A stretch of 64,000 nt of DNA, from the sequence record OM386663.1; one strand, 5' to 3'. Made by a program: the position numbers and the translations under genes. This DNA is from Escherichia phage vB_EcoM_ESCO49. The notes beneath the pieces are model-generated. The model was not told the DNA's origin. It did no database searches and worked only from the letters and a program-made list of their open reading frames with translations. Positions 17,634 through 26,838 of this stretch are shown one piece after another; the first letter of the stretch is position 1, and the number at the start of each line of letters is the position of its first letter.

Positions 17634-18980
17634 TTATTTGATAAGAGATTTTAGAGCATTCTGGAGAGCCAGTTTGCGTTGTTCAGCGGTGTCTTCGGAA
17701 GCATTCTTAGCTGGTTCTTTTTCTTCTTCAACCAAATCAGCTTCGCCGTCATTACCCACTTCTTCCATAGCATTGGAATGTTCAAGAACAGCACCAGCAG
17801 TTTCTTTCAGCTTGGTAATTTCTGATTCTTTTTCTTCCATTGCAGAAGCATGGGACGCGATAGTTTCATTAAGTTTCTGGTTAGCACCTTCCATAACATT
17901 CATAAACAGAACGCTCAGAGGGTTATCAAGACCAGCACCTAAAATAGTCGTTGCAGCTTCTTTTGCATCAAATCCAAAAGCTTCAGCAGAAGCAGAAATC
18001 TTATTAGTCAAATCTGACAAAGCAGCTTCCTGTTCTTTAGCTTTCATTTGAGCAACCTGAAGACGCAAAGCTTCTAGTTCTTGCTTTTCTTGTTCAGTCA
18101 TTTCTTCACCTGAATTGTTAACGTTTAAACTTACAGGAGCCTCTTCAGAACCTTGTAAGTAATTTAAGAAATCATCTTGAGACATGATTGAGTTAATTAA
18201 ACCAAGTTCAAGAGCTTCCTGAGCAGAATAAACATTCGCCTCAGTATTCTTTACAGCTTCTTCAGAGAGATTACGAGATTCGGCTACAAAACCTGTAAAG
18301 GTTGCGTAGGTATCATTAATTCTCTTTTGAAGTCTTTCTTTGCTTTCTTCTGAGAGTGCTTGGAATGGTGAACCCATACCTTTAAACTCACCAGCTTTGA
18401 TGACGTTAATTGTTACGCCATTCTTTTCAAATGCCTTAGTTAATTCCTGATGAACCATGATTACACCAATAGAACCAACATCTGCATCTGGTGATGCAAT
18501 AATTTCTTCAGCAGAAGATGCAAGAGCATATGCAGCGGAACAAGCGAACTCATCTACATAAGCAATAATTTTCTTTTGGCCTCTTGAAGCCATAATGTGA
18601 CGTGCTAATTCAAAGCAACCTGAAGCTTCACCACCACCAGAATCGATGTGCAGAACAATAGTCTTGATTGACTCATCTGCTAAAGCTTCGTCAAAGCCTC
18701 TACGCAAACCTTCATAAGAGCTTAACCCACCTGTACACATTGCATCAATGAATGTCATACGATGGGTTAAACCACCCATAATAGGGATAATAGCAATGTC
18801 ATCTTTTACTTTTAAAAGACTTCTTGCTTCACCTTTTGGTTTATCAAAGTTTACTGCTGCTTGGACATCACCCAGCAATCTGTTATTCACATAAGTTGCT
18901 GCTGAGTGAGCTAATGATTCAGTGGCTAGTAAAGGTTGGTTGAATAATCTATCAGCAAGTCTGAAGATATTCGAACTCAT
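17634..18980 (-). CDS. prohead protease (S49/ClpP-like) fused to scaffold-like coiled-coil C-terminus
   Basis: 448 aa; IVLHIDSGGGEASG...FACSAAYALAS serine-protease core; C-terminal EQEKQELEALRLQVAQMKAKEQE coiled coil. Confidence 0.6.
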   Translation of the reverse strand: MSSNIFRLADRLFNQPLLATESLAHSAATYVNNRLLGDVQAAVNFDKPKGEARSLLKVKDDIAIIPIMGGLTHRMTFIDAMCTGGLSSYEGLRRGFDEALADESIKTIVLHIDSGGGEASGCFELARHIMASRGQKKIIAYVDEFACSAAYALASSAEEIIASPDADVGSIGVIMVHQELTKAFEKNGVTINVIKAGEFKGMGSPFQALSEESKERLQKRINDTYATFTGFVAESRNLSEEAVKNTEANVYSAQEALELGLINSIMSQDDFLNYLQGSEEAPVSLNVNNSGEEMTEQEKQELEALRLQVAQMKAKEQEAALSDLTNKISASAEAFGFDAKEAATTILGAGLDNPLSVLFMNVMEGANQKLNETIASHASAMEEKESEITKLKETAGAVLEHSNAMEEVGNDGEADLVEEEKEPAKNASEDTAEQRKLALQNALKSLIK

Positions 18981-18991
18981 TTTTACTCACC

Positions 18992-19324
18992 CTATTTGTT
19001 TAAATCTACAGAGACTGAAGAGATAACATAGATACCTTCTTCAGCAAAGAATTGAGGTTCGCTAAGAGCACCAGTTGCCACGCATTTATCGTTAGCATCC
19101 CACAAGCTATAGTGTGAGACCGTTGCAGAAGCTGGAACAGTAATATTAACTGTGTCTTCTGAGGCAATTAAGCCATTATCCGGTTCAGAAAAATAAATAG
19201 CCACTGGCTGAGTAACCTTATTTGCTGTAGGGTCTGCCGTTGGGTCTACATTGTGTAAAATAATAGTCGTTGGGGTTAGCGTGGCGAGGATTTTATTCTT
19301 ACCATCAATAGTTAATGTTCCCAT
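18992..19324 (-). CDS. hypothetical head protein
   Basis: 110 aa. Confidence 0.3.
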   Translation of the reverse strand: MGTLTIDGKNKILATLTPTTIILHNVDPTADPTANKVTQPVAIYFSEPDNGLIASEDTVNITVPASATVSHYSLWDANDKCVATGALSEPQFFAEEGIYVISSVSVDLNK

Positions 19325-19824
19325 TAATTAAACCTTACTTTTTGTTTAAGGACTGTTGAATGGTTACCAGATTCATCTACCACATTTACAATCATATCAT
19401 ATACTTTACCTTTGACAAGCACTTTGTAATCATTTTGTGAAAAAATGTATTCAAGTCTGTTTGTTTCTTTATTAACTGTCATTGGAGATTGAAATGCAGT
19501 GTCGAGGGTAATGAAAGCGGCTTCAATGCTATTAACATTGATACGTTTATTCTCACAGTTATATAACTTTACACCCAAAAGGCATGAACTGTCAAATGGA
19601 ATTTTAACAATTTCACTACAATTTCCTGAAATAAACGGTTTTCCACTCATTGGAGCATCAAGTAACCTGCAAATAGTGAAAACGTCAGAGGTTCCACCAT
19701 CACTTACATAACCTGAAAGGCTGACCCTTGAGCCAGCCTCTACAGATAACTCGTCAGTAATGATAAGAATACCTCTATACGAATGCACTCGTGTAGCATT
19801 TGAAATAGAGATAACTTCAGCCAT
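19324..19824 (-). CDS. hypothetical head protein
   Basis: 166 aa. Confidence 0.3.
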   Translation of the reverse strand: MAEVISISNATRVHSYRGILIITDELSVEAGSRVSLSGYVSDGGTSDVFTICRLLDAPMSGKPFISGNCSEIVKIPFDSSCLLGVKLYNCENKRINVNSIEAAFITLDTAFQSPMTVNKETNRLEYIFSQNDYKVLVKGKVYDMIVNVVDESGNHSTVLKQKVRFN

Positions 19825-21299
19825 TATTTATTTGCCTTATTTGCTGTGCTTGGGTCTTTCGCTGAAGGTGTCTTTGCAGTACCTTCTCCAGCGGTCTTAT
19901 AACCATCTCCTGAACGGCTTTGGGTATTTGGAGAAAGCTTTTCAGATACTGGCTGAGACTCATCAGCAGGAGGAAGACCAATATGCTCTCTAAGCTTGTT
20001 AGATAGCTCTTTGTCAACTTCCAAAGCACCTACTGCAACAGTCTTCTGGATATAAGAACCAATTGTTTCAAGGTCTGGAGTTTCGATATCATCATATGTG
20101 ATTTGTACATGTTCTTCATCGTCCCACATATTAAGAGCATAAGTCTGTGCAACTAAATCACGGTTAATTACGTTCTTAATTTGCTTCAGCAGAATATCTA
20201 CTGACATTGCTAGTAAGCTTGTCTTAGAATCTGCAAGAGAGAATGAACCATATTTTGACTGACCCATCGCAAGAACATCTGACATAAATGCCATCATAAT
20301 CTGCTTGGAATATCTGTCAATAATAGAACCTGTATCGTATGCTTTAGCACCCTGTCTAGAAACTAATGAGAACTCGAAAATATCCTCTTTAGTATCTGGG
20401 TCGATATATCTAGGCCAGATTAAACCTGCTCTATCATTAGCAATCATATCGTTAACAACAGTTTTGCAGTATTGTACGAAAGCTTTCTTTTCAGGTTCTG
20501 CATTTTCATCCAGATAATCTGGTGGTAAACCAATCTTTGGCATACCTACCAAGTCTCTTGAAACACCAACAGCTTCGTACTCTTCAATCTGGACTTTATA
20601 CTTCCACGGTACATAGGCATTAAGTAATGGTGAACGACCTTCTGGGTTTCCATATTCATCATCATACTTAAACAGCATGAATTTAGCTCGTGGAAGTTTT
20701 CTTGTCAGTGGTCTTTCTCCAAGATTAATTGCTCCAGCAATATGTGAAACATTTCTCAGATTCTGTCTAACACCAGTAACTTTTCTAAAGTCTTCGTCAA
20801 AATACCACTTATCAAGTGTTGATTGGTTTCTGATTGGTAATTTAGCCCATCCAATTAGACCATCATCAAATTTAGACTGGTACTTTCCTTTTTTACCCTG
20901 TCGCTTCTTATAAACTTTCTCGTTAACACAGAATCCATAAGTGCAGAATGACATTACAGAGTTAATAAAATCTGCCCAATCATGCTCCATGTCATCCATT
21001 AAAGAATTAAAGAAGTCTGCTCTTTCAAGCATTTTAGGGTCTTGCTCTTTTCCCTTTGGAGGTACGAATCTCCAGTTGACTTTTCTGACAAACATCTTAA
21101 TAATATTTACAGATGCTGCTACAGCAGGGTCACGCATCATTAATTGGAAAGTTTTAATACTTTCAGGGAACCTTAGTGCCTGACGAGGTTCTTCATAGAT
21201 TCTTCCATTCTTAACCTTCAGACCCAAAGAACCTACTTCACCCATCCTAAATGGTGGTAAGCTTTCTTGTGTTTCTGTAATATCTGCCATTCTTCTCAC
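19824..21299 (-). CDS. portal protein
   Basis: 491 aa immediately downstream of large terminase. Confidence 0.55.
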   Translation of the reverse strand: MRRMADITETQESLPPFRMGEVGSLGLKVKNGRIYEEPRQALRFPESIKTFQLMMRDPAVAASVNIIKMFVRKVNWRFVPPKGKEQDPKMLERADFFNSLMDDMEHDWADFINSVMSFCTYGFCVNEKVYKKRQGKKGKYQSKFDDGLIGWAKLPIRNQSTLDKWYFDEDFRKVTGVRQNLRNVSHIAGAINLGERPLTRKLPRAKFMLFKYDDEYGNPEGRSPLLNAYVPWKYKVQIEEYEAVGVSRDLVGMPKIGLPPDYLDENAEPEKKAFVQYCKTVVNDMIANDRAGLIWPRYIDPDTKEDIFEFSLVSRQGAKAYDTGSIIDRYSKQIMMAFMSDVLAMGQSKYGSFSLADSKTSLLAMSVDILLKQIKNVINRDLVAQTYALNMWDDEEHVQITYDDIETPDLETIGSYIQKTVAVGALEVDKELSNKLREHIGLPPADESQPVSEKLSPNTQSRSGDGYKTAGEGTAKTPSAKDPSTANKANK

Positions 21300-21306
21300 C
21301 TAGCTA

Positions 21307-22923
21307 TCAACGTCTAAGCCCCTCATATGGGTTTCCTCTCACTAAGTCTGTGTGAACACCCATTGATGGTGGCTTGAATAATTTAACTTCATTAAGACTG
21401 TTGAAAGCATCACTGGTAGCATCCACTTGGTCATCTTTAGTTTTGCCATCACCACAAAAGCCTTCAAGCTCTTGAAAGTAAGCTTCATTCCAACTACCTC
21501 TCAAGACTTTTACAAGTCCAGCTTCAGAAGCAGCAGAAAATCCCGCAAAGCGGGTAACTTTATCTTTATTTGTTGGTTTAGCTCTTGCACGATAGCCTTT
21601 CTCGGCAAGTTTCCTGATGAGGGATGTTGCGTAGGATTTACCAGCAGCGCCTGGGTCTTGAGGGATAAAAATACCAGTTCGCTTACCGTCACTTTCAGCA
21701 GTCAAATTAATTTGTGTTTCGACTCCAGAGGGTCTATCTCTAAATCTTACTACATCAATGATATAATAGCAACCGTCTTTTTTAGATTTACCCATCTTAA
21801 CACCTGCTGTCCAGTCTGGATTAGGGTTAACCTCAGATGGTAAAGTTGCTGCTAAGTCCCATGCTCTAACATCAAATACATCTTCTGGGAGTGAATCAAC
21901 AATCTCACACCATTGTCTTTGCCAATAGTTTGAACCTTCTGCACGAGCCTTCCAGTTACCAAAACGAAGTCTTGCAACGTTTACAGGAGTGTTGTTTTCC
22001 AACTTACCACGGTACTTAGGTTCTAAGAAGTCAAGGATTGGGTTATCATCAATCGTACCAGAGATAAAGGTGTATGTTTGAGGAATCTCAAGAGGGAACA
22101 TTTCAAGAATCTTATCCCTTTCCCAATCAGAAACCATCACACCATCATTCATTACATACCAACGAATACGACCACACTTTTCAGGGTCTGGATAACCTTC
22201 TTCATCTAAGAATGGTTCTACCCAATCGTAAATAAAGTGGTCTCTATCTGGGTTCATGGAAATCTTCATGTATGAATCACCTTCAGCACCAGAACGTAGA
22301 CGGGTTTGTAGGTATGAAATCTGTGAAGCAGAGAAGTGTGTACCTTCGTCAAAGTAAATAGCTGAGTATTCAATACCCTGATGACCTTCAGCGTGCTTTT
22401 CAAGTTCTAGGTAGGTAAACTTGATAGTTGCCCCAGAAGGGAATGTGATAGTCATTTTCTGCTCGTGAGGAATCCCACCAAACTTACCAAATAGTTTCTT
22501 TGCAGCAGGCCATAAACCACCTTGTAACTGTGTTGTGTTTCGACGGAAATACACAGCATTATAGTTGGGGTCTTCAATAAATCTTAAAGAGTCCATTAAC
22601 AATGCGGCAGTCTTACCAGCACCAGCAGCACCACCATAAAGAACCAAGTCAGCATTAGTGTTTAAAAAAACCTCTTGAGAACCCGGCTGAGGGGCTACAT
22701 AGTTCTTATCAGTCATCAATTTAAAGATGAGGCGAACTTGGTCTGGTGTGTATCTTAATAAAGTCAGAATTTGAGTTGGAAGGAATTTAGAGGGGTCTTT
22801 ACCGAATGATTTAATAATTTCTTTTACTTCATCAGAAAGCCCCAACTCTCCAGCTAGGACTTTCCTAACATCTTCCACTCGCTTCTGCTTAACAGTATTT
22901 AAGTCCATTAAGCGCCTCCGCAA
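21307..22923 (-). CDS. terminase large subunit
   Basis: 538 aa; Walker A VLYGGAAGAGKTAAL; size and position. Confidence 0.8.
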   Translation of the reverse strand: MRRRLMDLNTVKQKRVEDVRKVLAGELGLSDEVKEIIKSFGKDPSKFLPTQILTLLRYTPDQVRLIFKLMTDKNYVAPQPGSQEVFLNTNADLVLYGGAAGAGKTAALLMDSLRFIEDPNYNAVYFRRNTTQLQGGLWPAAKKLFGKFGGIPHEQKMTITFPSGATIKFTYLELEKHAEGHQGIEYSAIYFDEGTHFSASQISYLQTRLRSGAEGDSYMKISMNPDRDHFIYDWVEPFLDEEGYPDPEKCGRIRWYVMNDGVMVSDWERDKILEMFPLEIPQTYTFISGTIDDNPILDFLEPKYRGKLENNTPVNVARLRFGNWKARAEGSNYWQRQWCEIVDSLPEDVFDVRAWDLAATLPSEVNPNPDWTAGVKMGKSKKDGCYYIIDVVRFRDRPSGVETQINLTAESDGKRTGIFIPQDPGAAGKSYATSLIRKLAEKGYRARAKPTNKDKVTRFAGFSAASEAGLVKVLRGSWNEAYFQELEGFCGDGKTKDDQVDATSDAFNSLNEVKLFKPPSMGVHTDLVRGNPYEGLRR

Positions 22924-22929
22924 ATAGAA

Positions 22930-23130
22930 TTATTCAGAGTCTGTCGCAGTCTCTTCTTTCTTAACTTCGAACTTTTCATCAACAGCATCAAGAAGTGCAT
23001 CCATAGATGCTTCTTTAATATCAATACCTGTTGCTACAGATAATCTATCTGCAATTGCCATGATAGTATTCTGCATAAACTCTAACTTCTTGTTAGCTTC
23101 ATAAAGTTCTTTATAAACGTTCTCGCTCAT
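22930..23130 (-). CDS. hypothetical protein upstream of terminase (small terminase not excluded)
   Basis: 66 aa from MSENVYK with RBS GGAGAAAAC; ORF-track start at 23205 has no RBS. Confidence 0.3.
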   Translation of the reverse strand: MSENVYKELYEANKKLEFMQNTIMAIADRLSVATGIDIKEASMDALLDAVDEKFEVKKEETATDSE

Positions 23131-23162
23131 TATGTTTTCTCCAAATAATAAATCTTGTTTCC

Positions 23163-23192
23163 CCTTAAAAAAGACGGCACGGAGACCGTCAA
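23163..23192 (-). terminator. rho-independent terminator
   Basis: GACGG-n8-CCGTC hairpin followed by U6 on minus RNA; separates tRNA region from late genes. Confidence 0.5.
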
Positions 23193-23355
23193 GGAGAAAC
23201 CACAATGTACGTCAGAGACATACTGTATAAGTCTTCCTATAAAGTATAACTCTGTAAAAAAGCCCTGTCTAAAAATACTCTTCGGTAGCGAAAGGAAGAA
23301 TACTTATAGCAGGGCATTATTATTATTTTAATTGAGAGAGAGTAAAATAACTTGG

Positions 23356-23428
23356 AGAATCCGAAGGGACTTGAACCCTTATAAACCTGTTTTGCAGACA
23401 GGCACATATCCATTTCTGTCACGGATTC
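23356..23428 (-). tRNA. tRNA-Cys (GCA)
   Basis: acceptor 7 bp, T-arm AAGGG-TTCAAGT-CCCTT, anticodon stem CCTGT/ACAGG, loop CUGCAAA. Confidence 0.7.
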
Positions 23429-23436
23429 GAAATTGG

Positions 23437-23525
23437 GGGAAGATACCAGACTTGAACTGGTACACCGATTTCTCAGCTACTGGCAGTTTAGCAAACTGCT
23501 CCCTTACCTTTAGGGTTAATCTTCC
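23437..23525 (-). tRNA. tRNA-Ser (GCU), long variable arm
   Basis: 89 nt; T-arm, anticodon stem GCAGT/ACTGC, plus-strand loop TTAGCAA. Confidence 0.65.
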
Positions 23526-23526
23526 A

Positions 23527-24309
23527 TTATCTCTGTAATGCGCTCTTCATTTCTGGTGTTGCAATAGTATCAATCACACCAGTTTTACAAGCATCATCAA
23601 ACCAGTCTGGTAAGATACCTGCTAAGAACCCATTGATATTCGTTTTAAGGTACTCTGCAATAAGGGCAGCTTCTTCTTCAATCATCTGCACAACTTCATC
23701 TGCATAAGCTGTAATCTTTGAGATACCTTCATTAATCTTACTAACAGCCTGATTAGCTAAATCAGAAACAGTCTCAAGACCCTTATCAATAGCGTCTTGT
23801 AAGTCACTTAACACACCATTAACACTGTCTAGTGTGCTGTTAATCATGTCAATAGCTTGCTGACCATACTCTGTAGCAACACCCATAATACCACTAAATG
23901 GTGTACAACCAACTTGTTCTCCTGCTGCACCCATAACATTGGAGTATCCCTTTGCTACCTGCATACGTGATGAAAACTCATCAATAGACTTTTGACCGTA
24001 GTCTGTTAGGGTCTTAGTAGTTGCTGTAGTGCTTGTAAGGCTTGTTGTAAAGCTGTTTAGAAGGACTGTTGTGAGTCCAGCAGCAACAAGCTTCTCCTTC
24101 ATTGTAGGGTCTGTTACAGAGCTAATAGAGCTTACAAGTGATGTAGAGGCAGCTACGGTTCCACCGAGAACTGCTGCACCAGTAATAAGTGGGTTAGAAA
24201 ACCCTCTACCGGTTTTTAAGAGATTAAAAATCTCCTTACCTTGTTCTGTCATCTCTTTCATTAAGCACCTTTGAAATTGGTACTCCATATCGGATTCGAA
24301 CCGATACAT
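23527..24309 (-). CDS. hypothetical protein
   Basis: 260 aa; Ser/Thr/Ala-rich middle; embedded in tRNA region. Confidence 0.4.
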   Translation of the reverse strand: MYRFESDMEYQFQRCLMKEMTEQGKEIFNLLKTGRGFSNPLITGAAVLGGTVAASTSLVSSISSVTDPTMKEKLVAAGLTTVLLNSFTTSLTSTTATTKTLTDYGQKSIDEFSSRMQVAKGYSNVMGAAGEQVGCTPFSGIMGVATEYGQQAIDMINSTLDSVNGVLSDLQDAIDKGLETVSDLANQAVSKINEGISKITAYADEVVQMIEEEAALIAEYLKTNINGFLAGILPDWFDDACKTGVIDTIATPEMKSALQR

Positions 24310-24356
24310 AACACAGATTTTAAGTCTGGCCTCTCTGCCAATTGGAGTAATGGAGC
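24281..24356 (-). tRNA. tRNA, anticodon read as UAA (Leu-type), standard length
   Basis: acceptor GCUCCAU/AUGGAGU (G1-U72), T-arm ATCGG-TTCGAAT-CCGAT, 4 bp anticodon stem, loop CUUAAAA, A73. Confidence 0.5.
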
Positions 24357-24362
24357 ATTGGC

Positions 24363-24434
24363 TGGGGATGTTGGAATTGAACCAACTTCTTCGATTTCAA
24401 AGACCGAGGTTTTAACCTTGTAAACTAATCCCCT
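24363..24434 (-). tRNA. tRNA-Gln (UUG)
   Basis: T-loop TTCAATT; anticodon stem with one G-U; plus-strand loop TTCAAAG. Confidence 0.6.
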
Positions 24435-24442
24435 TTAAATCT

Positions 24443-25000
24443 TTACTTTCTCAGTGGATGAATAAAGAATGCCAACATAACTCTTTCCCTTGAGAATGCT
24501 CTTTCTTCTGGGACAACACTTTTTAGTTTCCATCCAATATAAATTCTCCAGTAAAACTGTTTACCAAAGATTTTAATTGATGGGATAAAAGCGAATAATC
24601 CCCAAGCATTGCTATTCCACATTAGGAGATAACCAGTCTGATTATCTTCAGGGTCAGAACTTACGCTGATATTACCTTTCCACTTAGTAACATCTTTTAC
24701 ATCTCTTCCTAATACATGGTAAGAGAAGTTATAAGCTTTGTTTCTCCAGAGCCATCCAACTCTCTGCATGTAGACACCCAGCTTACCAATCTTTCTAATC
24801 TTAGCCCATCTTTTAACGTGGCCTTCATCACCATCAATCGGGTTGTCATAGGTCTCCATCCATCTGAATCCAAAAGGTAGATGCCCTTTCTTCTCACTGT
24901 AGAATGGAACCACGAAAGGTGCTAAGATGACTGCTAGGGTTGCTGCAAATGGTTCTAGTAAAGCTAGGAAAATCCATGAAGCATACTTCAAATATCTCAT
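24443..25000 (-). CDS. hypothetical membrane protein
   Basis: 185 aa; hydrophobic N-terminus; between tRNA genes. Confidence 0.4.
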   Translation of the reverse strand: MRYLKYASWIFLALLEPFAATLAVILAPFVVPFYSEKKGHLPFGFRWMETYDNPIDGDEGHVKRWAKIRKIGKLGVYMQRVGWLWRNKAYNFSYHVLGRDVKDVTKWKGNISVSSDPEDNQTGYLLMWNSNAWGLFAFIPSIKIFGKQFYWRIYIGWKLKSVVPEERAFSRERVMLAFFIHPLRK

Positions 25001-25022
25001 CTAAATAGCCTCTTAAAATTGG

Positions 25023-25098
25023 TGTTCCAAGACGGATTCGAACCGTCACTAATACAAGGTTTGAGCTTGCATCCTCTGCCAATTGGGATACTGGAACA
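25023..25098 (-). tRNA. tRNA, anticodon read as CAA (Leu-type), standard length
   Basis: T-arm GACGG-TTCGAAT-CCGTC perfect; acceptor 7 bp with one G-U; loop CUCAAAC; A73. Confidence 0.5.
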
Positions 25099-25101
25099 TG
25101 G

Positions 25102-25173
25102 TACTCACTAAAGGACTTGAACCTTTTTCTTCATCTTGTAAGGGTGATGTTTTACCATATAAACTAAGCGAGT
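25102..25173 (-). tRNA. tRNA-Val (UAC), tentative
   Basis: T-arm AAAGG-TTCAAGT-CCTTT; D-arm GUUU-AUAUGGUA-AAAC; anticodon stem with one mismatch; plus loop TTGTAAG. Confidence 0.5.
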
Positions 25174-25271
25174 GTGAAAGAGGTCTGAAGTTGTGCCGCT
25201 AACTCAACTCCGTGGAATTTGTTACGGTCTTCAGTTGACACCAGCGGTCTTTCACTTGACCTCTGAATTGG

Positions 25272-25345
25272 TGCTGCTCACAGGACTCGAACCTGCATTT
25301 CCATCCTTACAAGGGATGTGTAATAGCCAATTATACGAAAGCAGC
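25272..25345 (-). tRNA. tRNA-Thr (UGU)
   Basis: perfect anticodon stem CATCC/GGATG, loop CUUGUAA; T-arm and acceptor present. Confidence 0.7.
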
Positions 25346-25354
25346 ATTATTTGG

Positions 25355-25426
25355 AGCATCCAGAGGGAATCGAACCCTCAACCTCAGTTTGGAAGACTGT
25401 AATTTTCCCGTTTAAACTATGGATGC
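25355..25426 (-). tRNA. tRNA-Gly (UCC)
   Basis: T-arm GAGGG-TTCGATT-CCCTC; acceptor perfect; loop CUUCCAA. Confidence 0.6.
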
Positions 25427-25435
25427 ACTAATTGG

Positions 25436-25508
25436 TGGAGAAGCAGGGAATTGAACCCTGTACTTAAGTTTGCAAAACTTATGTTTTAACCATGTAAACT
25501 ACATCCCC
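25436..25508 (-). tRNA. tRNA-Ala (UGC)
   Basis: anticodon stem TAAGT/ACTTA, loop UUUGCAA; acceptor GGGGAUG with G3-U70. Confidence 0.6.
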
Positions 25509-25517
25509 AATGTTTGG

Positions 25518-25590
25518 TACAGGTGGAGGGAATTGAACCCATCGTCTTACTGATTAAGAGTCAGCCGCATAACCATTTTGCTACACCTGC
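25518..25590 (-). tRNA. tRNA-Lys (CUU)
   Basis: plus loop TTAAGAG; acceptor 7 bp; T-loop TTCAATT with short GGG/CCC stem. Confidence 0.55.
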
Positions 25591-25600
25591 ATTAATTTGG

Positions 25601-25674
25601 TACACCTAGAGAGATTCGAACTCACACTGAGCAGATTCTAAGTCTGCTGCCTCTACCAGTTGGGCTATAGGTGC
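25601..25674 (-). tRNA. tRNA, anticodon read as UAG (Leu-type), standard length
   Basis: perfect anticodon stem GCAGA/TCTGC, loop CUUAGAA; acceptor 7 bp (G1-U72); D-loop with GG; A73; 5 nt variable loop. Confidence 0.55.
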
Positions 25675-25750
25675 ATTAAACCTTTTTAGAGAACTTCTAA
25701 GAACCTAAGCAACAAGGTTCCACAACAAGCCGTAATAACCTTAGAAGCCC

Positions 25751-25773
25751 TCTAAAAAGACCTAAAAAGGTCT
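25751..25773 (-). terminator. weak terminator-like hairpin (AGACC-n6-GGTCT plus U-run)
   Basis: 5 bp stem followed by UUUUAG on minus RNA. Confidence 0.3.
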
Positions 25774-25930
25774 TTGCATAGTCTTGTTTAATCCGGTGAC
25801 TAGAACCTTTGGAGAGCTTGATATTATCTCTTCTCCGTGACACCTGCTAGGTGCTTTATGAGTGTGTACGACAATACACGCGGGATACCAAAGCAACACC
25901 CTAATGAAGCTTGGCTTTAAATCTTATTAG

Positions 25931-26018
25931 GCGGTAAGTAAAGGAGTCGAACCCTCACCGTATCTCTACAGTGGCAACTGTTTTCAAGACAGTTTGGCTA
26001 CCATTAGCCGCTACCTAC
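25931..26018 (-). tRNA. tRNA-Ser (UGA), long variable arm
   Basis: 88 nt; anticodon stem AACTGT/ACAGTT 6 bp, plus loop TTTCAAG; acceptor 7 bp incl. one G-U. Confidence 0.55.
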
Positions 26019-26034
26019 CCCTAATAAGACTTTG

Positions 26035-26114
26035 GCATGGGACGGAGGAGTTGAACCCCTTTGAAACGGTGTTGGAAGCCGTTGCTCATGCCTTAGAGTC
26101 TTAACATCGTCCCA
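26035..26114 (-). tRNA. tRNA-like gene, identity unresolved (aberrant core)
   Basis: perfect 7 bp acceptor ATGGGAC/GTCCCAT, encoded CCA, T-loop TTCAACT; internal stem AACGG/CCGTT with 9 nt loop CUUCCAACA; extra nucleotides before D-arm. Confidence 0.4.
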
Positions 26115-26261
26115 TACTATAATTCGAAGCTTACCGTATTATCTCAACACTGTAAAGCCCCTTCTCAGATTATTTACATGTTCTGGAAAACATGAGATAC
26201 AGACCACCTCCCTACAGGAAGACCCGCTTAGGTCGTCTAAGTAATCTGCTAACTAAATTGG

Positions 26262-26340
26262 TCGAGGCGGCAGGACTCGAACCCGCATACTCCACTTACT
26301 CGGTTAACGTCTGTTTAGAAGACAGATGAGATACGCCCCG
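26262..26340 (-). tRNA. tRNA-like gene, identity unresolved (anticodon-like loop CUUCUAA, Arg-UCU-like, displaced)
   Basis: acceptor CGGGGCG/CGCCUCG all paired, T-arm GCAGG-TTCGAGT-CCCGC; perfect TCTGT/ACAGA hairpin sits where D-arm is expected. Confidence 0.35.
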
Positions 26341-26680
26341 TAATTATCTTTAAAGACTCTCTTAGAAAGCCCTTAAAGATGCCCACCTTATTAATCATAC
26401 CGTGGGCTAGTACGCCAAATTCTTTGATGAGGGATTGGAAGACCTCACTGGTGTTTAGCCTATCAAGCTACTGCCAGAAAAACATTGTCGTTTGCATTTA
26501 TTTTAAATTTGCAAAATAGACGCTACGCAACGAAAACTATTCAGAATATGTACAACAAATTTCCCCACATTGTGTTACGTCTAACGCTCATGTATTGGTG
26601 TTTGAATTATACATATTATGAAGTATTTTAGTTACTATAAAGTGGTCACATCTCAATGTCAACAACTTTATTGAAATTGG

Positions 26681-26753
26681 TACTGGTAGGTGGAATCGAA
26701 CCACCGACGTTCCCTTATCAGGGGAGTGTTATAACCTTCTTAACTATACCAGC
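26681..26753 (-). tRNA. tRNA-Ile (GAU)
   Basis: T-arm GGTGG-TTCGATT-CCACC perfect; plus loop TTATCAG. Confidence 0.6.
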
Positions 26754-26757
26754 TTGG

Positions 26758-26831
26758 AGGTTCAGATGGGAATCGAACCCACATTCATAGGGCTTATGAG
26801 ACCCTTGCATTACCTTATCTGCGACTGAACC
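26758..26831 (-). tRNA. tRNA with CAU anticodon (Met or Ile2)
   Basis: perfect acceptor GGTTCAG/CTGAACC; plus loop TTATGAG. Confidence 0.55.
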
Positions 26832-26838
26832 ATTTTGG

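Noticed and set aside
23206-23355. T4-type late promoter (TATAAATA) upstream of the structural genes
   Set aside because: I looked at junctions upstream of terminase, capsid and fibre genes and did not find a clean TATAAATA; cannot call late promoters by eye.
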